A stretch of 63,562 nucleotides of DNA, filler included, from Pelomyxa schiedti (taxonomy: Eukaryota; Protista; Evosea), in assembly GCA_020536535.1 (NCBI GenBank). It is 3 parts of 3 records of this genome, joined end to end, with 100 filler letters (N's around TTAATTAATTAA, not from the genome) between each part and the next. Parts side by side here need not be neighbours in the genome. Positions count along the whole stretch, not along the records: positions 48,964 to 63,562 come from JAHLWZ010000515.1; 2 more parts are not named here. One strand, given 5' to 3'. Numbering within the stretch: position 1 is the first letter of the stretch; the number at the start of each line of letters is the position of its first letter. Below are positions 59,153-63,562 of the stretch, one piece after another. A program made the translations under genes and the position numbers. A model generated the notes under the pieces. That model was not told the DNA's origin, made no database searches, and worked only from the letters and a program-made list of their open reading frames with translations.

Positions 59153-60313
59153 GGGCCATATCTGGGTCAAAGGGTGGCTGTTTTTTTCCCTATCACTTTC
59201 CTGTAAAAAAAGCCACCCAGCCACCCCCTCAAAACAGCCACCCAGTGGCTGTTTTAATAAGGAAAAAAAAATAAAACAGCCACCCAGGCGGCTGTTTTAC
59301 CAATGGGGAAAAGCCATGTTTTTTCAATGTTTTTAACAGGTTTGAGTCTGCAACATGTAGACAAGGTGGACAGTTGGTATTTCTAAGGGGAAAATTTTTT
59401 TTGTTTTGTGAAGAACATATGTGGACCCTTGTGAAAAAACAGCTGCCACCTCACACCAAACAAGTGCAAGGTAAATTTTTGTATTGTTACAGTGCATTAT
59501 CCTTGTGCAACCTTTCCTTTCTCTTTGATTACTTATCTCCAATTAGTTGTTTGTGTTTTTGGTTTGTTGGTGCCAAGCAGGAGATGGGGGGTGAGTGGAG
59601 GGGAGGGAGGAGAAGAAAGGTTGGTCTGAGCATCTTGGATGGCATTAATGTTGGGAGAGTTTGTGTGCTGGTTAAGTGTGGGTTCTGTTTCTTGTTTCTT
59701 GTTTCTTGTTTCTTGTTTCTTGTTTCTTGTTTCTTGTTTCTTGTTTCTTGTTTCTTGTTGTGTGTCGTGTGTCGTGTGTCGTGTGTCGTGTGTTCTTCAG
59801 TGTGTTTGTGTCAGTGTTGGGCAAGTTATTCTGAGGGTGTTGGTGTGGGTTTGTGTTGGCCTCAGTGCAGGCAAGGCGTTGGTGTTGGTGGTGTTGGTGG
59901 TGTTGGCGGTGTTGGCGGTGTTGGCGTAGGTGTAGGCGGTGTAGGCGGTGTAGGCGTCGTCGGCGTCGTCGTCGGCGTCGTAGGTGCAGGTGTATTATGT
60001 GGAGTCCGGTCAGCCCTGGTGGTGAGGGGCTGGCGTTGTTGTAGGCCTCAGTGGCACAGCTGATGGCGTGGGCGCCGGCGCTGTTGGGTAAACCTTCACC
60101 CCTTCACTCGGTATGTTTGCTGCTGTTGTTCCCAACACCGCCGCTCGACGCCTACACATACGTGGGTGCCGACACCCACAGCGACACCAACAGCCTTTCC
60201 TGATCGTTTTCGAAAAAACGGAGACTGTTTTGTACATGCTTTTGATAGGACAGCGGCTGTTTTTACAGGAATTTGACAGGCCAAAAAACAGCCCTTTGAT
60301 CCAGATATGCCCA
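59153..60313. mobile_element. Putative non-autonomous DNA transposon with imperfect ~60-bp terminal inverted repeats
   Basis: The left end gggccatatctgggtcaaagggtggctgtttttttccctatcactttcctgtaaaaaaagcc matches the reverse complement of the right end, gggcatatctggatcaaagggctgttttttggcctgtcaaattcctgtaaaaacagcc. Subterminal AAAACAGCC motifs are present. No TSD or transposase was seen. Confidence 0.6.
59687..59990. repeat. Compound microsatellites (GTTTCTT)n, (GTGTC)n and (GGYGTWGGY)n
   Basis: Directly visible at about 59687-59756, 59760-59793 and 59875-59990. Confidence 0.9.
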
Positions 60314-60929
60314 CGGGCCTGGTTCCTCTGAGCTATTGTGTCAGGTGCTGACATTTGCTGGGCAAGAGGTGTTGGGAAGAGGTCAAGTACCCTTGTGGCC
60401 CGGATACTTTACTTTGCATTGAATCAATGACGCTTGCAAGCTTCCAGAATTCATAACACGTTACGCACTCCTCTAATGTGCATGTTTGTTGTAATGTAGT
60501 AATGACCGGCCACTCGCACGCGCTCCTGTCTTCGGCTTTTTCGGAGCCGTAGTTTTTTTGATTGCAGACCAGAGGAGGTGCGTCTGACGAGGGCTTTGTT
60601 AAACATTATGCCGCAATGGAAACCGAGCGGGACCTGGCCAGGTGACTAGGGGCACCGCCCCCGACAGCATCCAGAGCAACAAGAACAAAGTTTTAGGCCA
60701 AGAGTGTGTTGTGGGATTGACGTGAGGGACCCGGTTGCACCTTCCAATGCCATTGACTGCCAATTGAGAGTGGTTTGTTTCGACAATCAACCTGATCGTA
60801 TTGCTCTTCCAAAACTGTATCAAACAGCAAATGTGGCAAGTGGCCCCGTAGCCCTGAGGCAATACAATATCTAGGCCAGACCCGAAATTCACTATTATAA
60901 AAACCATCTTCTTGGCCAGGGAGTGGTTG

Positions 60930-61600
60930 GAGCGTTTAGTGAGGCAAGTCTCTGTTCCGATGCGATAATTACTACAACCAATAATATATTCAAAGCAACT
61001 TTCCGAGATACAGAAATTGCCATCAAAGCATGAATAAATAATATTAATTAATGAAAAAAAAAAGCCATTTATGAAACACTTCTCGTGATGATGATAATTA
61101 ATATTATCTCCCTTTTTTTTTTCCCAGCTAACCAAAGCATAGATTTTGTGACAACCTGCTGTTAAGTTCATGACTTCAGCGAGTTTGCCAGTTTGTCCCA
61201 TTTATTGGCTTTCTGTTGTCGACTCCGGTATGTCCTTCTCCTTTTTTTCCCCCAGCTAACCAGGCACAGATTGACAAGCTGCTGTTATGTTCAGGACTTC
61301 TAGTTGGCAGCAAACTTGGTTTGTCCTTTTTATTGGCTTTCTGCTTCTAACATCCACACAGGTTCACATGACAATTATTTGATGTACACACCTTTGCCCC
61401 TTGCCAAGGAGCAGGTTTGTTCTTTCTGCAGATCGTATTTTATGTTAATTACACAACCGTGACAGCCTCTGTTACTGGACCACCAGCTAGCAACCACGCA
61501 ACCATGCAGGTGTAAGGGAAAAAAAATAAATTATCTTCCAATTTGTAGGCAACCTGGGAAAATCCCCAATTGTCCAAAGTGTGCACTAGTTAAGCAATCA
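60930..61600 (+). pseudogene. Possible decayed kinase gene with an internal ~100-bp duplication
   Basis: IFKATFRDTEIAIKA* (kinase subdomain I-II-like) at about 60987-61034; 61121-61215 resembles 61247-61343. Confidence 0.35.
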
Positions 61601-61840
61601 ACAGGGAATGGCTGTAACTTTTTAATCATGTTACTGGATGGAGCCTTTTCTGGGCACTGTTCTATGGGGCAGTGGCATTAACACTCAAAAGGGAGTAATT
61701 TCCTTGTTGGTGGTCTCTCCACATCCTGTGTGGAGGTTACNNNNNNNNNNNNNNNNNNNNNNNNNNNNNNNNNNNNNNNNNNNNNNNNNNNNNNNNNNNN
61801 NNNNNNNNNNNNNNNNNNNNNNNNNNNNNNNNNNNNNNNN

Positions 61841-62190
61841 ACATGAAGGTTGTTTACACCATTCCGAACAGCGGCTACCTCACTGTGTTTTCTTTGCCGC
61901 TCAAGAAAGGCGGCAAGATGACCAAGCTTCACGATAGCTGCAGGTATGTCAGCAAGGAAGGTGACAATCTTATTGGGCTGGATTTTGACTGCCATGATAT
62001 CTTCCGCTTCCAACCTCATGTATTTGTGTGCAAGCTCATTGGTCCTCACCCACTCCTTCGTCGTGGCTTGATTGTCAATGTATTTCCATGCACAACAACA
62101 ACAGGAGCCATGCTGAGGACTGTGAATGACACACAGACTGGCCTGACATTGTGCCGTTGCCAGGTGCAGTTTTCAACTTTCTTTTTCTGA
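61841..62190 (+). CDS. Family A protein, copy 3 (3' part; 5' part in gap)
   Basis: Near-identical to 55581-55930. Confidence 0.75.
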
Positions 62191-62303
62191 ATGATTAACA
62201 AAAACTTTTTTCCATTACCTCAAAGCCACAGCACACTACAAGGTCGTTTTTTTTGCTTCTTTTTTTCTGAGTGCCCCCAAGAGATCTTCCTTTTGGTATT
62301 GGC

Positions 62304-63562
62304 ATGGCAACAAAAGAGTTGTACGTGGTTACACCGTTGATTCGCGCCCGAGACCAGATGAGTGCTCTGGCCATGGTCCCTGCGCTGGGGGCCGCGGTCG
62401 CGCGTATCGTGTGGGAGCACCTCGTCAGCTGCACACCCGCCACGTTCGTGCTGCGCGTCGAGGGCGAGAGCCCCCCACGAGAGAGCGTGTGCGTGTGCCT
62501 GAGGGTCTCCCCGCTCCTTGGGGGCCTCATGCCCCCGCCGGCAACCGCGGCGACGGCCATTATGGGAGCGAGCAGAGCCTCCGTGGGCGCAGCGGTCGAG
62601 CTCAGGGCAAGTGGCAGGGACACTGGGCATTGGGTGGATGACAGGTGGTATCTGACAAATGAGTACATACATGTAGACAGTGGTGCTGGAGGAGCGGGAG
62701 GGGGAAGAACCTCCTGCCAATTTGCAAAGTGGCAGCTGGTTGATGCTGCTGCATCGCAGAGTTGTGAGACTGTGGGAGTGGTTGGGTGTGACCCAATGAA
62801 TTTCTTGGGAAGGACCAGTGTGGCTAATCATAAGTGGGTGGTGACCTGTGGTTGGTTCAGCACCGAGAGTGGAATTGCTAGTCAGGCCACTCCAATGTTG
62901 CTCACACGTCGCCTGAATCCTGGAAGCTTTTTGGGCAGTGAGGCTCACAGGGTCGTTGCAGTACCACCAGCTGTTTTGACTTCCTTAGAGAACATAAGGG
63001 TCATGAGGTTCTCAAAATCAAGGGCTGACGAACTGCTTCTGTTTCTGAGCCAACCAGGGGAAGAGAGTATGCCATCGTTTGTGATGGTTGATGTGGAGGC
63101 AACACATTCAACTGGTTCCCTTGTGTTGACAAGCATCACCCACGTTGTTGATCCACCATCTGATTGTGTGCCTGCTGCGTTTTTGCTGAAGAGGACTGAT
63201 GGCTCCCACACTCTGGTTGTCTCAGCACCTCACTGGATTTTTGGGCCAGAAATGAACTGCTGTGCACTTGAAGTTGAAGAAGGGAGTGGCAATGCAAGGA
63301 CCGTACCACTTGTGTTCTTTGACTCTGAGAAAATAATGCAGTGCTCACTCCTGAAAGGCCAAGTTCCCATCTTGGACAACAGCAGCAAAAACCACCCACA
63401 ATCATGGGCACTCCTGATAAGTGACGGCGTGAGCATCAACAATGACAGGGGTTTCCTTTTTCATCTCAATGGGTCCTGCCTCCGTGTCATTGAGTCCACA
63501 TCTCACTGCACTGTGGTAACCATTGAATTCAAACGGTACCAACCATGCACCCTGCAAGTCAA
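62304..63562 (+). CDS. Family B protein, copy 2 (runs off the window just before the stop)
   Basis: MATKELYVVTPLIRARDQ...; open frame collinear with 56043-57287. Confidence 0.8.
   Translation, partial: MATKELYVVTPLIRARDQMSALAMVPALGAAVARIVWEHLVSCTPATFVLRVEGESPPRESVCVCLRVSPLLGGLMPPPATAATAIMGASRASVGAAVELRASGRDTGHWVDDRWYLTNEYIHVDSGAGGAGGGRTSCQFAKWQLVDAAASQSCETVGVVGCDPMNFLGRTSVANHKWVVTCGWFSTESGIASQATPMLLTRRLNPGSFLGSEAHRVVAVPPAVLTSLENIRVMRFSKSRADELLLFLSQPGEESMPSFVMVDVEATHSTGSLVLTSITHVVDPPSDCVPAAFLLKRTDGSHTLVVSAPHWIFGPEMNCCALEVEEGSGNARTVPLVFFDSEKIMQCSLLKGQVPILDNSSKNHPQSWALLISDGVSINNDRGFLFHLNGSCLRVIESTSHCTVVTIEFKRYQPCTLQV

Noticed and set aside
59374-60063. 229-aa hydrophobic ORF
   Set aside because: It is a translation of (GTTTCTT)n, (GTGTC)n and GGT/GGC microsatellites.
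1-63562. tRNA/rRNA genes
   Set aside because: The GGTTCGA-like hits I noticed (about 13890, 28160, 35753) lack cloverleaf context, and no rRNA-like sequence was recognised. tRNAscan-SE or Infernal would be decisive.

Overview
This is eukaryotic, gene-dense, intron-rich DNA with short GT-AG introns. It is probably an amoebozoan protist: the LisH-RasGEF, DlpA/DRP5A-type dynamin and large lineage-specific families suggest an archamoeba such as Pelomyxa (inference). The window is three unrelated contigs joined by N-TTAATTAATTAA-N linkers (26595-26694, 48864-48963), with four further 100-N gaps. Contig 1 holds four copies of an ankyrin/coiled-coil/ubiquitin-like/TKL-kinase family, an LRR-filamin-dynamin(DRP5A-like) fusion, an Ldh_2 dehydrogenase and a RasGEF. 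Contig 2 holds an HNH nuclease, RasGAP, a PARP-ZnF/PBZ repair protein, a DCAF7-like WD40 protein, a calmodulin-like protein, a prokaryote-type LeuD/HacB small subunit, Arp3, DNA polymerase X, a Cache-domain membrane phosphodiesterase and an isochorismatase. Contig 3 holds a PWI protein, pseudogenes, a Sel1-repeat protein, a tandem array of intronless family A/B genes and a TIR element. The standout is the apparently non-coding 1.4 kb at 8350-9745 (minus strand). It resolves into 14 frame-preserving microexons (eleven of 3 nt, two of 6 nt, one of 9 nt), each flanked by AG and GT. They sit exactly in the beta-hairpin of an ankyrin repeat of kinase copy 3. This is a candidate combinatorial, codon-by-codon splicing system for diversifying a binding loop, and it needs transcript data to confirm.
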